Origin: Octopus vulgaris
Taxonomy: Eukaryota
Reading direction: 5' to 3'
Assembly (NCBI GenBank): GCA_951406725.2
Contig: OX597825.1
Span: 72,106,001 to 72,170,000, forward strand
DNA: 64,000 bases
Position numbers and translations under genes: made by a program. Position 1 is the stretch's first letter. Each line of letters starts with the position of its first letter. A model generated the notes under the pieces. It searched no databases, was not told where the DNA came from, and was given only the letters and a program-made list of their open reading frames with translations. This document shows, piece after piece, positions 40,423-56,315 of this stretch.

Positions 40423-40741
40423 AAGGCTTGAAAATGCAATTTTAAAGATGTTCATTCACCTGACCGGCTTCACCCTCCTGATATTTGGAAGACGCTAATA
40501 TGTCTTATTCTAAAGAATGGCAATCCCTCTAACCTGATCAACTACCCTCCTGTCGCACTCATTTCTAAGTCATTTCTAAGGTGATGGAGGTAGCCATTAA
40601 CAAAGACGTTCTCCAAAAGCTTGAGTTTCTATCTTTCTCCATGATTCTTGATTCAAGCTTTTGGAGAGCGTCTTTGTTCAGGAGGGTGAAGCCGGTCAGG
40701 TGAATGAAAATCTTTAAAATTGCATTTTCAAACCTTCTTTC
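40419..40741. mobile_element. Short inverted termini enclosing a LINE RT fragment
   Basis: 40419-40481 vs 40678-40741; interior translates as LILKNGNPSNLINYPPVALIS..KVMEVAIN. Confidence 0.6.
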
Positions 40742-40825
40742 ATATATATTTCCACTAGTGTGGTAACTTACAACTTCACTTTGTTATATATATATATATA
40801 CATATATGTACATATATATATATAC

Positions 40826-40902
<77 letters not shown>

Positions 40903-41729
40903 ATTTATATATGTACTTTATTAATAAAACTGCAACACAAAAATATATACATATATGTGTGTGTGTATGTATGTATATAAAGCATTGAGCGACTGCCTTA
41001 CCAATCACATTATTTGAAGTGTACCATTAGAATACCAGAACTATTTATAAAACATAATATCAAACGTTGTGGGATGGCAAACACTTTGTTGTTTAGTCGG
41101 TAATTTGGCCGCTGGACAAGCAATAAACACGTGACTCTCTGACGCGTTTATTTCTCAAACTGGTGCTCACACTTGCTAATATCTATATAAATGTCATTCG
41201 GTCATGGAATGTAATGTTTAAGTATGCGAATACAGCAAGTGCAAGTTATCTTAACTATAAATAAGTCAAATATCTAATATTGTCCAACCAGTGGTTCCAA
41301 GTACGCGTTCTTTTATGTGTTGGGGTGATTATTTGGCGACTTCTGTGTTAGCATACTTGTACTTAATCAGGGTCCTTGACACAACCTTAAACTACATCTT
41401 TAAGTTATAAAATAGTTAGTGTATTAGGGCTCATCTACTTATGCATGGATGCGACTATCTCTGCGGATGACACATTCATGGCTCAACGAAGGGCAAATGG
41501 GTTATAGCAATGACGGGTATACTAGGTTTTGTATATTTGTACCCCAGTGTCACATTGATGGCATGCAATACTCTCTCACTCAATAATGATAATAATCTTT
41601 TCTACTATAGGCACAAGACCTGAAATTTGGGGGAGAGGAGTGGTCGATTATATCGACCCCAGTGTTTCACTAGTACTTAATTTATTAACCCCGAAAGGAC
41701 GTAACGCAAAGTCGACCTTGGCGAAATTC

Positions 41730-42038
41730 GATGCTTTAAAGAAGAGCGGATAAAGCTATGGAAATTCTGAAAGTTTCCATAAGGGTTGATGGAAGTATAA
41801 TTAGATTGTTTACTGACTATTAAAATTTATATTTGTATTGGCGATATATTGTTGTGCAACAGAAAATATTGCTAAGTGGGTTCGAATTTATTCAACTTTC
41901 ATGAGACGATATACTTAGCAATATTTTCTGTTGCACAACAATATATCGCCAATACAAATAAAATTTTAAGACATTCAGTAAGCCCTCATAAAAACTTCCT
42001 TAATTTACATAGCTGTATCCGCTTTGCTATAAAGCATC
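41730..42038. repeat. Inverted repeat (foldback/MITE-like)
   Basis: 41730-41877 vs 41913-42038. Confidence 0.8.
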
Positions 42039-42666
42039 AAATTATCTCATACCTGGTAAAGAACTAAATGCATATCTAGCGTAAAGACTATTTTTCCCTG
42101 ATGATTCTATGGAAATTAATCTTAAGATTCATATATAATTTGTGATATATACATATAAGATGCCAACCATCTTTCTACATTTAAATATATTAATAAACAT
42201 AGTAAGCTAATTTGGCATCTCAAAACTGTAATAAATAATTTTCTTTGAATTGGAAAATTTTGTCAGGGTCGTTACCTTATGATAAAGGAAAATCTTTTTG
42301 TCCTCTTTGACCAGACGAACAGCTATTTATCCATTTTTCCAAACACTCACTGGTCAACACCTATAAAGAGTGTGTTTACAGGTGTTTACATCGGAAAAAA
42401 CACACTTTCAGCTATTTCAAATAATTTCTTCCCCCTTACCTAATAATATTTACAACTTTCACTTTATGCTTTTCATCCCACTCATTCAATTTTTTCCTTT
42501 ATCATTATATCCATTTGTCACTCACTTTCTATTTGTTCTACCTCTGTTACTACTTTAACTCTCTTTCTCTTTTCTGTCCCTTCTTCTCTCGTCCTATGAC
42601 GTAAAATTTCTTAACGGTTTTTTAAAATTACTAGCGTTCTGTATCCACCTTGGTTTTTCATATATT

Positions 42667-42719
<53 letters not shown>

Positions 42720-43039
42720 TGTGTGCGTGTATGTGTGTGTACATACATATATACATATATACACACATTCATGCATGCATACACACATGCATACAAACAT
42801 ATATACATAGGTATATTTCACAAATCGAAACACTCCGATTTTCCATATCCTCCTATCATTCTTACCTAATCAATGCTTGCTTGTATTATTTGTTTTGCGC
42901 GCGACAGCAACACTTGTATGACGTTTGCATCGAATATATATTAGATCTTGTCTCAGAAGTCGTATCGATTTTCTAATGGCTCACATATCGTGTTGTGAAA
43001 AGAGAATTGTGACTAGCAACTAACCAGTTCAACACCAAA

Positions 43040-43780
43040 GTCATACAGAGCAGCCATTGAAACCAAAGAGTTGTGAGCTGGAGCATGGTCTTGACGAAAC
43101 AAGACCCCTTTCCTCAGCTTTCCTGGGCGTTTGATTCTGATAACCTTTCATAACTGCCTCAGCAAGTTGGCATAGTACGCTCCATTAATGGTGTGGTTCG
43201 TTTGAAGATAGTCAATAGACACAATACCTTTTGCATCTCAAAATACTGAGGCCACAAACTTCTCTGTAGATGAACCTATCTTGGCCTTATTTCGAGTAGA
43301 TGCGTTGAGATGTTTCCGCTGCAAGGACTGTCTCTTTGTCTCTGACTTACAGTGATAAACCAAACATTCATTTTAGGTTAGGAAACACTCAAGGAAGTCA
43401 AGACAGCTCTATCTGCCTCAAACAACGTCAAATTTTCCGGCGATGTGATCAGCCTAGTACACTTTTGTTCGGGTGTCAGAAGATGTGGCACACATCGACC
43501 AGAAACCTTCGTCATGCTAAGTTCATTAACTCTTTCACACGATATACTAGTAGCATTTGCTATTTAATTTATAGTCAATTGCGTGTCTCCGTCACCATGC
43601 GGTGAACACAATCAATGTTTTTTCGGTGGTGGGTCATCTTCAAAACTCTCCATTTCCCTCCAAAATCTGGCTGTCCATTTTGCTCTGTTGATAAAGCTTG
43701 AGCCTCATTCGATAATGTAGCAGCCAACTCAGCAGATACTTAGAACACCACGATGCCAAAGTTTATCCACTTTCAAGAAA
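43040..43780 (-). mobile_element. Degenerate mariner transposase pseudogene
   Basis: KFVASVF*DAKGIVSIDYLQ..TINGAYYA and KGVLFRQDHAPAHNS. Confidence 0.8.
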
Positions 43781-44159
43781 AGTCGCTACTAGTTACATTT
43801 TTGAAGTCTTCTACGAGCACTGAGATCTCGGTTTACCCAGAAAGAAACAATGCAGTTATGAAGGAGGTAAGTTGAAATGAATGGCGACAAGAATGACGGC
43901 TGTGACTGCGGTGATCAGAGTAACAGGCTAAACTGTAATGATGCAGCTGACAACGACAACAGTGGTTGCGGTGACGGTGGTGGCGACAGCAGCGCTTCAA
44001 GCAAAGAAAGACAATATCGACAGTTACGTATGCAACAGCAACACCAGTTTCACGACTGGAAATAGCTGCTATTCCAGCAGCAACGGAACCAACAGCCTCA
44101 CGTCCAAGAATATTTACACCGGCAGCGACATAAGACCCGGAGTTGACGAAAGTAACATT

Positions 44160-44520
44160 GGTGGTGGTAGTACATACAACACTCAGACACGAAAATATGT
44201 CGGTTCAAATGTGCCCCCGTTTAAGCCACGTCTGAACAACCACACGTCTTGTTTTAGGATACTGGAAAGGCGCAACATCGCACCTCTGACTAGCCACGTA
44301 TGGCGCTTAAAAGGAAGGAACCCCATAGATAATTAAATGGAAACACCTTGAACAACCGAGGACTTATATAAATGGAAGCAAGTTATGTAAGCTCGGCTTG
44401 ACAGAACTTGGAAGAATCCTAAATATTCGCTCGACGTGGAGACCTTTTTAAACACCAGGAAAGGAGAATTCAGTCAATGCCCATATCTAAAACATTTCCT
44501 ACTACAGACTTAAAATTAGC
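44160..44520 (+). mobile_element. Naiad-like PLE GIY-YIG remnant
   Basis: YVGSNVPPFKPRLNNHTSCF...LTSHVWRLK...LCKLGLTE...FLNTR. Confidence 0.65.
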
Positions 44521-44679
44521 CATTCGTTGAATTGTCCCACTACAGCTCTTCGAATACCACTACGGAGGAAGCAGATGGAAGGGGGATTAACCCCCTTCCG
44601 CACGCAGCACTAACAATTGTTTTTTGTTTACAAAATCAACTGGTTATACGTATGTACATATATATATATATATATATAT

Positions 44680-44786
<107 letters not shown>

Positions 44787-46043
44787 TAGATGTTTGTTCC
44801 ACTACACATTCGAATAATTACAACTAAGAAATAACGGCTTAAAACGAATGTCTGCACTCCAAAGAATATTGAAAGCACCTTATGAAGTGGTTTGTTGCTA
44901 AAACTAAAATTATTTTTTCACAAGGTAGATTATCAGGAAACCGTTATTTTTGTGTATGTAATCACTAAGAAATCCTGTTGTCTCGATGTCTCGATTTCTA
45001 AGCCGCAGTCATTCTACGAATTTCGTCCATACTGTAATTATTTCCATCGTTAAATGTCTCATTTCATAAAATGTTTAATTAATAAGTCACAAGTTACATC
45101 ATACTGAAGATTTCTAAAAAGAAATAAATAGTGCTTTACGAACGAATAAAATTAAGAACTTCTTATGAAGTAAGCAATAAAAAATGAATCTGTGAAATCT
45201 ACGTATAACTTTACCTATATCCTGAAGATCAAGTTCGTATTTATAATCCTGTTTCCTCTTATGATGAAATGACTATCTCGTTTGTAAAATCTGTGACCGT
45301 TAGAGGCTCGCGTGTATTCAGTAGAAAATAGATAGAAATACAAATACCACATCAATAGAATATATCGTTTGTTGGAAAAGTTTGTAGTAGAAAATACATT
45401 TAAAAACTGAATTTTTTAAAAGTATAGGATCAGAAAGTTATGCCTTGCGTTTTCCGCAACTTGGCATTTGGGAACATGTGTGAAAATAGATATTTCCTCC
45501 AATGTAATCTATCTAAAAGTATGTTTAATATTTTCTTTGTCATTCGTTCATTACGCGTTGACTATTTCTTATGTGACAGATTATGTTATAGAGAGAAAGA
45601 GCGAGAGAGAGAGAGAGAGAGAGACAAAAATGAAAGAAAGGGAGAGAGAGAGAAAGAAAGAAAGAAAGAAAGGCGGAAATAAAAGAAGGAAAAAGAAAGA
45701 AAGAAAGAAAGGAAGAAAGAAAGGAAGGAAGGAAGAAAGAAAGAAAGAGATTTATTATACTGAAGAACATAGCCATTTAGAATTAGGTTGCTTTGACCAG
45801 CTCTGTCAAAGTCAAATCATTAGACACACACACACGTTCGCACACATGCACGTATATACACATACACACATGAAGACTCACAGACATATGCAAACATCCT
45901 TCCAACCGCATACTTACAAATAGCCTGGCTTACATAAACACACAAAAATATATATGTGTGTATACATAAGTATATTTGTGCTTATGTATACGTATGCATT
46001 TATATAGAGATAGATAGATTGAAAGAAGGGGGAATAGACAGAC

Positions 46044-46080
<37 letters not shown>

Positions 46081-46081
<1 letters not shown>

Positions 46082-46115
46082 TAGCTTAAGGTGACCCGCT
46101 CTACGCGCGGGTAAG
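46081..46115 (-). mobile_element. Helitron-type 3' terminus (5' end not located)
   Basis: acccgc...gcgggt hairpin followed by CTAG, abutting (TA)n. Confidence 0.5.
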
Positions 46116-46952
46116 AGTGTGGTTGTTACTGTCTGGTACTTCCTTTCTGTTTTTTATCCCCACATTCTCCCTCTCTGTTTCTCTATCCTTTCTCTCTCAT
46201 TTTCCCACTCTCTTACTCTTCCTTTCTCTCCGACTCTCCCTCGCTTTCTCTTACTCTCTATTTTTCTCTATCTATCTCTCTCCCATTTATAAACAACAAA
46301 AGATCTTGAGTAAGTTGAGAAACAAAATATTTTGAAAGATCAATCATAAATATCAGGCAGTGGCAACGGAAAGGTCTGCTTCAAGGCAGACAGCAAAACA
46401 CTAACATTTAAAAGGGACAGACGAACTTGCGAGCTGAATAAAAAAAAAAATATTGGAAACCAAAGTTTGAAGGGATAGAATCTGAGGATAGTGGAATCAC
46501 CATGGCTGGCATTTCTTAACGACGGACAGCAACAACAAAATTTGAACTTGATGTAAAAGAAAATTCCTAAACACCAAGTTTTGAAGTGATTCTTTCTCAC
46601 GACAATAGACTCACCATGGCAAGCATTCAAAACTTCTTCATCATGGACGGCAACACATTGACGATTTAAAGGCTGGCGCAAATCTTTTAGCTTGATGTAA
46701 CAGAGAATTCCTAAACACCCGCTCCTGTAAATTTTAATCCCCTTCCAGACCCATTTTGACCTCTTTTCACATTTTGGTTAATATAACCCGCTTTCATTCG
46801 GGTCTACGCGGGCCACATTTTATAACATCAGGAATTTTGTCCTAGAGGTCACGCCTTTCATTTGAGGAAAAAAATAGTTGCCATGCAAACTCGCCAGCAC
46901 TTTTAACATAAGTGTGCATATTTCAGCTCTACCGACCACATAATGCACACAT

Positions 46953-47022
<70 letters not shown>

Positions 47023-48062
47023 CGCGCACGTTTGTACGCATTATATATATAAATGTATACAAATTATATATATATATATAAATACAGATATATACACTTT
47101 GTATATATACATTATATATACATATTTATATATAGAACACACACATATAAATTAACATATAAATATCTGATTCATAATATTTGTTCTCATGATTGTGTTG
47201 TGGTGGTGGCGATGATCATTCTCTCTTTGAATACAGACAGACGTAGAGAGAGAGAGAGTGTGTGTGAAAGCGCTGTCGAAGGCGGAGAGGGGGAGATATA
47301 GGACGCTGTGAAACGACGTTATAAAGAGAAATTGAAGGGAAGGGAGGTAGACGCTGTGAAACGACATTATAGATAGAATGTGAAAGGAAGGGAGGAAAGA
47401 GAGTGAGTGATGGAGGAAGACAGATACATTAAAGAATGGGAGTAGACTTGTCAAAGTGCGTTCTTGGCCCTAGCAACGACACCCTTTAAGATGGGGATTT
47501 CTAACCTAGCCCACTTGCATCCTCACCTCATTTTACATGTCCCTGTAAATTTTGGAGTCAATCCGACGGGATCTAGTGGCTTTTAACCCGTTCTCAATGC
47601 CAAAACCAGACAAAAAAACAAACTTTTCGCTGGACCTACCAGAACTACTGCCACACATCCACAATCCACCAACCTTGAACAAAACAGTACAGGCAAGAAA
47701 ATCTGTAATTCATGTCTATGCCAAGTCTGTCCTGTCGAAGGTTTTTGTCTACGCAAATACGTAGTTTACAAATGCCGGGTAGTAACGCCACGTTCATACT
47801 AGGCCCATTATCTGCGAACGCACCCTGTACGACTGAGACCTTGGAGTTTGTAAACTGTGTTGAAGGAAATCTTTCACTATCCTATGCCACCACAACTTAT
47901 CATTACTTAATAGATTCTCAGATGTAATCCTTTCCTGCAAACACAAAATATACTCATCGTTTACTCATTATATATAATCTGTATATTTACCTAATTACGA
48001 TACAACCTTAGATTACAACTTAGCCGCACTAGCGACATACCCCTTCTACTTATACTATGCCT

Positions 48063-48813
<751 letters not shown>

Positions 48814-49230
48814 CTTACTCACAGGTACTGCTTCACTATTCTCATGCTCGAAGTTTTCTCTCTTTCTAGAACGAGAAGAATTTTGCCCGTCGTCGCATTG
48901 TATATGTATGTATATATATGTGTGTGTGTTTGTGTGTCTGTGTTTGTCTCCCTCAGCATTGCTTGACAACCGATGCTGGTGTGTTTATGTCCCCGTTGTT
49001 AGCGGTTCGGCAAAAGAGACCGATAGAATAAGTACTGGGCTTAGCAACAAAGAGTGGATTTGGTAGACGATAAGTCGTATATATATGGGTCGAGTTGCTC
49101 GATTAAAGGCGATAAACCGATGCTCAAAGAATAAGTCGGGGTCAGAGTTGCTCGATTAAAGGCGGTGCTCCAACCCATTCGCAGTCAAATTGACTGAAAC
49201 AAGTAAAAGAGTAAAAAAGAGTATACATAG

Positions 49231-49282
<52 letters not shown>

Positions 49283-49351
49283 ATATTATATATATATAAT
49301 ATATATATATTATATATATATAATTATATATATATTATATATATATAATTG

Positions 49352-49396
<45 letters not shown>

Positions 49397-49447
49397 ATAT
49401 ATATATTATATATATATATTGATATATCAGTTCCATTCTAGCAAAAA

Positions 49448-49485
49448 CTGTCTGATGAACGGCAACGAGAAACTCAGAGTAACAG
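49448..49485 (+). ncRNA. Compact type I hammerhead
   Basis: ctgt-CTGATGA-acg/gcaa/cga-GAAA-ct-cag-ag-TA-acag; garbled copy at about 50248-50280. Confidence 0.7.
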
Positions 49486-49517
49486 ATTTTGTTGAATTTT
49501 CTGCTGCTTAAAATAAA

Positions 49518-49554
<37 letters not shown>

Positions 49555-49567
49555 TATATATAGATAT

Positions 49568-49615
<48 letters not shown>

Positions 49616-50449
49616 GCAGATAGAGTGTGCGTGTGCGTGTGCGCGTATATGCTTTTGTTCGTGAGCGGAATAACATAACCACGAAGTCGTGTACTTTCAC
49701 ACAGACAATATAACCATATAACCATTGATCTGCAGAAGCAAACAAACGGGAAAGGAACACACATATAAGCACATATACACACTCATACACACATACACAC
49801 AGTATTACGTATATACGCACAAATATATACTTAAATATTTACTCATAAGACTACCTTCACTTACCTGTTATCGATGGATGCTCAAATGAAGCATCATTTC
49901 AAGTCACCACGTTGAGTGTGAGTTTGGTGACTTGGACGGATTATATGTATGTTATATATGCATTGTTTTGGTTAACGGATTTGTTCAGATTTGTTAAATT
50001 TGGTTAAGATTTAATTCAGAGCTCCGTTACAAATTAATTATGATAGTGAAAGTAGAGTAAAGTGAAACAAGTTAGAAAATAAGAGATAACGTAGAAATAA
50101 CAAAAATAAATAGATTTTAAATTATTTACATTACGATTAAATTTATATTGTTATATTTCTTAAGTTTATATTTTTTTTAAATTTTTTTTTTTTTTTTATT
50201 TTTTTTTTTTTTTAAATTATAAGAATATCAGTTCCATTAAGCAAAAACTGCTGATGAACGGCAACAAAACTCAAGTAACGTGGCGCTGCCAAAATACAGT
50301 ATCTTATTATATGAGATACATATATTATATAGATAGTGAGTATATAGATGATAGTAGTGATAGATGATGTATGTGATATATGAGCGTATGTAGTGGTGGG
50401 TTCTTAGAAATTACCTCGCCATGTATCTGACTTCAGATATATATATTAC

Positions 50450-50680
50450 CGGCGAGCTGGCAGAAACGTTAGCATGCCAGGCGAAATGCGTAGCCGTATT
50501 TCGTCTGCCGTTACGTTCCGAGTTCAAATTCCGCCGAAGTCGACTTTGCCTTTCATCCTTTCGAGGTCGATAAATTAAGTACCAGTTACGCACTGGGGTC
50601 GATGTAATCGACTTAATCCCCCTTTAATGTCTGTCCTTGTTTGTCCCCTCTATGTTTAACCCCTTGTGGGTAGTAAAAAT
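50450..50680 (+). mobile_element. SINE family B
   Basis: Full-length match to the family consensus. Confidence 0.8.
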
Positions 50681-50914
50681 ATATATATATATATATATCT
50701 CCGTAATATAATGCAATGAAGTGTTCCTTGATGATCCATTGCGGTTAGGGTTCCAAATGCGCTCGGAACACCCAGTGCTGAGTTTCAAATAACTGTATTG
50801 GTGAATCGTGCGTAGGAACTAATAAATTATATTTGTGTTTATCTCAATTTTCTCATATATATATCTGGATGTACGTTATGGTTGGAGAATTGTTTCGTTA
50901 TGATACAAATCATA

Positions 50915-51319
50915 GGCGCAGGAGTGGTTGTGTGGTAAGTGCTTGCTAACCAACCACATGGTTCCGGTTCAATCCCACTGCGTGGCACCTTGGGCAAATG
51001 TCTTCTGCTATAGCCGCGGGCTGACCAATGCCTTGTGAGTGGGTTTGGTGACGGAAACTGAAAGAAGCCCGTCGTATATATGTATGTATATATATGTGTG
51101 TGCGTTTATGTTTGTGTGTCTGTGTTTGTCCCCCTAGCATTGCTTGACAACCGATGCTGGTGTGTTTACGTCCCCGTCATAGCGGTTCGGCAAAAGAGAC
51201 CGATAGAATAAGTACTGGGCTTACAAAGAATAAGTCCCAGGGTCGATTTGCTCCGACTAAAGGCGGTGCTCAGCATAGCCGCAGTCAAATGACTGAAACA
51301 AGTAAAAGAGTAAAAGAGT
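50915..51319 (+). mobile_element. SINE family A
   Basis: Full-length match to the family consensus. Confidence 0.8.
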
Positions 51320-51712
51320 ATATATTTATCTGGAGTACACGTTATGGATTCGGAGAATTGTCTCGTTATGATACAAATCCCCTTTACAGACTCGGCTAAC
51401 AGTCCACAAAGACAGAGAAATGTAATGTAGCGTGCATGCAGCTGAAACCAAGAAGATCCGATCGACAAAACTATTGCATGAAAAGTATAGTGAACAATGG
51501 CAAGCGTGCACATTAAGGCAAAAATGTAAGCACAATTTCTTCCAAACTAATACCAATACTACATAAAAAAATGCTCCAGAACGGCCTTCATCCTATGTAC
51601 GCTTCGGAGTTAAATAATTATATTCACCACACATACTTCCTCACTTTTATGGTTCACACACACATACATACAAACATATATATAATTATACACATATATA
51701 AGTGTGTATATA

Positions 51713-51764
<52 letters not shown>

Positions 51765-52186
51765 GGCGCAGGAGTGGCTGTGTGGTAAGTAGCTTGTTTA
51801 CCGACCACATGGTTCCGGGTTCAGTCCACTGCGTGGCATCTTGGGAAAGTGTCTTCTACTATAGCCTCGGGCCGACCAAAGCCTTGTGAGTGGATTTGGT
51901 AGACGGAAACTGAAAGAAGCCCGTCGTATATATATGTATATATATATATGTATGCGTGTGTGTGTTTGTGTGTCTGTGTTTGTTCCCCTAGCATTGCTTG
52001 ACAACCGATGCTGGTGTGTTTATGTCCCCGTTACTTAGCGGTTCGGCAAAAGAGACCGATAGAATAAGTACTGGGCTTACAAAAGAATAAATCCCGGGGT
52101 CGAGTTGCTCGATTAAAATTGGCGGTGCTCCAACATGTAGCCGCAGTCAAATGACTGAAACAAGTAAAAAAAAAGAGTAAAAAGAG
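51765..52186 (+). mobile_element. SINE family A
   Basis: Full-length match to the family consensus. Confidence 0.85.
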
Positions 52187-52225
52187 TATATATATATATA
52201 TATATATATACAATATAAGTATGTA

Positions 52226-52277
<52 letters not shown>

Positions 52278-52389
52278 GATAGATAGATGGACAAATAGAT
52301 AGATATAGATAGATAAAAACAAAAGTCGAAGACAGGTGGTGAAGACAATAAACAGATGTATTAGTTTAACGCTCGTGAAGTGAAGAAGT

Positions 52390-52425
52390 CTTTAACGTTT
52401 CGAGCCTACGCCCTTCCACAGAAAG
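52390..52425 (-). ncRNA. Variant minimal hammerhead-like motif
   Basis: cttt-CTGTGGAA-gggc/gtag/gctc-GAA-acgt-T-aaag; downstream sequence is homologous to 34004-34100. Confidence 0.45.
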
Positions 52426-53193
52426 GAACACAGAAAGAAACAAGGAGAGAAAATAAAGAATGTATAGTGCCTAGCGATCTATCATGGCTAAAAATCTCTC
52501 TCTATATATATATACACACACGGAAGGGTTTATTTAGTTTCGATCAACCAAATCCACTCACAAGGCTTTTGTGGGTTTTGTTGGTCAAATTGCAACAGAG
52601 TGGTACTGAATCTAGGATCATGTGGTTAGGAAGCAAACAACACTTCATTCAGTCAAGTTTGCGTCTATATTAGCATCAGCAGAAAGACCTTGTTAGAAAC
52701 ACAAAAATATAAAATTATATACTTACCACACAGCAGGAGTGGCTGTGTGGTAAGTAGCTTGCTAGCTAACCACATGGTTCCGGGTTCAGTCTTCTGCTAT
52801 AGCCCCGGGCCGACCAGACCAGTGCTTTGTGACGGAAACTGAAAGAAGCCTGTCGTATATGCGGCGAGCTGGCAGAAACGTAACCGCATTTCGTCTGCCG
52901 TTAAGTGTTCTGGGTTCAAATTTCGCCGAGGTCGACTTTGCCTTTATAAATTAAGTTTGTCCACTTGTGGGTAGTAAAGAAATATATATATTTGTGTGTC
53001 TGTGTTTGTCCCCCTTGCATTGCTTGACAACCGATAAGTACTGGACTTACAAAGAATAAGTCCCGGGGTCGATTTGCTCGACTAAAGGCGGTGCTCCAGC
53101 ATGGCCGCAGTCAAATGACTGAAACAAGTAAAAGCGTAAAAGAGTAAAAGAGTATATATATATATGTATATATATATACAATATAAGTATGTA

Positions 53194-53261
<68 letters not shown>

Positions 53262-53841
53262 TAGATAGATGGACAAATAGATAGATATAGATAGATAAAA
53301 ACAAAAGTCGAAGACAGGTGATTTACACTAATAATTGCTTCGTATTATGTATATGTTATTTGGTTATCCTAATGCACAGGGGAAACATTTAACACACGCA
53401 CGCACACACACATACACACACACATACACGTATACATTCATATTTGGATAGATAAATAGAATGTATAGTGCCTAGCGTTCATGAAAAATCTCTCTACTTA
53501 TATATATATACAACACTTTTTTGCTAAGAATCAAGATCCCTCATTCAAGGTTTTGTTTTTGTTTCAGAATTGCAACAGAGTGGCTGAACTGATCTATTAG
53601 AGATCTTGCTTACATGTTCTGCGACATGTGTGTGTGTGTGCATGTGTATGCATGTGTGTGTGTGGGTGTGTGCATGTGTGTGTGCAAGCGTGTATGCATA
53701 CGTGTGTACGTGTGTGTGTGTGCGTATGCCGTATGTGTGTGTATGTATATATATATATATATACACATACATATGTATATATATATACACACACATACAT
53801 ACATATCTATATATACACATACATATACACATTATACATAC

Positions 53842-53883
<42 letters not shown>

Positions 53884-53963
53884 GGCATATGTATGTATGT
53901 GTATATATATATATATATAATATACACATCCATATATAATACATATCATCATATATATCTCAG

Positions 53964-54015
<52 letters not shown>

Positions 54016-54492
54016 ACATACACGCACAAAGCATATTCATTACTACTCATCTGGCACTAAATTCTCATCTCTTCGTATTATGTATATATATATATATAGT
54101 TATCTGCATAATGCACAACGGTTGAAGTTTTTTTTTATGCATATTGATATTTTATCCTATGACAGACTCAACGCACACACACATACACACACACACACAT
54201 ACGTATACATTCATATTTGGATAGAAGAGATCTTGCTCTGACATGTTCTGCGACATGTGTGTGTGTGTGCATGTGTATGCATGTGTGTGTGTGGGTGTGT
54301 GCATGTGTGTGTGCAAGCGTGTATGCATACGTGTGTACGTGTGTGTGTGTACATGCCGTATGTGTGTGTACATACATATATGTATATATATATATATATA
54401 TACACATACATATGTATATATATATATACACACACATACATACATACATATATATATATATACACATACATATACACACACATACATACATA

Positions 54493-54535
<43 letters not shown>

Positions 54536-54579
54536 GTATATATATATATATATATATATACTCACACATCCATATATAT

Positions 54580-54649
<70 letters not shown>

Positions 54650-54668
54650 ACATACACGCACACAAGCA

Positions 54669-54754
<86 letters not shown>

Positions 54755-55124
54755 ATTATATATATATACACACACACACTGCACAACCATTTGAGGTAGG
54801 TCTATTTGAATACTCTTTAAAACCTTTATGTAAATTGTTGTAGAATACATGGAAATACAAGATAAAAAAAATTTTTAAAAACTATTTAGAGAAGGCCGAA
54901 ACAATGCGAAAAGAATAGAAAGTTAACTGCGAAAGTGAAAACAGAGCAACGGTTGAAGTTTTTTTTTACCTTGCATTTTGATATTTCTAGTCTATGACCT
55001 CAGGACGCACGAAGAGATGTGAAATGGAATACATCGTTATATTACGATATTCGATTTCTCGTAATCTTGTTATCTTCTCTTTGTGTATCCTCTCCTTCTC
55101 CTTCACTCATTTTTTCCTTCGTCT

Positions 55125-55165
<41 letters not shown>

Positions 55166-55340
55166 TCTCTTATCACTCTTCTGTATAATTTATTCTTTCA
55201 GAACACAACGTTCTCTATATCTCAATTACACGCATCTGTCCCAATTATTTTTGATGTCACTAGCGCCTTCTCTCTCCCTTACTCTCTGTCTTGCCTTCCC
55301 GCTCTCTTTCTCTCTCTCTCCCCCCTTTCTCTTTCTCTCG

Positions 55341-55376
<36 letters not shown>

Positions 55377-55769
55377 TTATCTCTATCTCTATCTCTGACG
55401 TTATTGTATCCATATATAAAATAAATTAGTCAAGTCCATACATGAGGTCTTGTCTATATTTTCATCTCTCCTCCTCCTCCTCCACTTTCCTCTCTCACAT
55501 AACAATTCCAATTAATTTTTATTTTGTTATTCAATATCTTCCCTTAGAACGACTAATTGAAAAATATCAGGAGTCTGAAATAGTATATTATTAAACTCCC
55601 AAAAAACATATATACTCGCATATCCGTACATACAACGCAAACATTCATACATGAATGCATACACAAATACTTACATACTTACATATATAGAATTACACTT
55701 AAGCATATACATAAAAAATATGTGCAAGCACGCACACACATATATACATACAAGCAAATACGCGTGCGC

Positions 55770-55866
<97 letters not shown>

Positions 55867-55923
55867 GCTCCAATACGAACATTTCAGAGTGTTTGGATGT
55901 CAATCTGAGGACAGTGCAATCTT

Positions 55924-56315
55924 GGATGGAAGCACTCCGTCGGTTACGACGACGAGGGTTCCCGTCGATCCGAATCAACGGAACAGCCTGCTCGTGAAAT
56001 TAACGTGTAAGTGGCTGAGCACTCCACAGACACGTGTACCCTTAACGTAGTTCTCGGGGATATTCAGCGTGACACAAGAGAGTGACAAGGCCGGCCCTTT
56101 GAAGTACAGGTACAACAGAAACAGGAAGTAAGAGTGAGAGAAAGTTGTGGTGAGAGAGTACAGCAGGGATCACCACCATCCCCTGCCGGAGCCTCGTGGA
56201 GCTTTTAGGTGTTTTCGCTCAATAAACACTCACAACGCCCGGTCTGGGGATCGAAACCGCGATCCCATGACCGCGAGTCCGCTGCCCTAACCACTGGGCC
56301 ATTGCGCCTCCACTC
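55924..56315 (-). mobile_element. SINE family C with TSD gtgcaatctt
   Basis: tRNA-like head at about 56240-56311; TSD at 55914-55923 and 56316-56325. Confidence 0.85.

Noticed and set aside
42095-42270. CTGATGA...GAAA...GTC hammerhead candidate
   Set aside because: Stem I is mismatched at the junction and the spacing is very long
44570-44605. Strong hairpin ggaaggggg/cccccttcc after a GIY-YIG remnant; similar case at 14470-14500
   Set aside because: Could be a decayed hammerhead stem II, but both core strands are mutated
45098-45135. tcatactgaagatttc...gaaa motif
   Set aside because: No GAAA core after stem II and no stem I partner
47580-47830. piggyBac-like remnant (TTAACCC start, Cys-rich peptide)
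   Set aside because: No matching second terminus or transposase motif found
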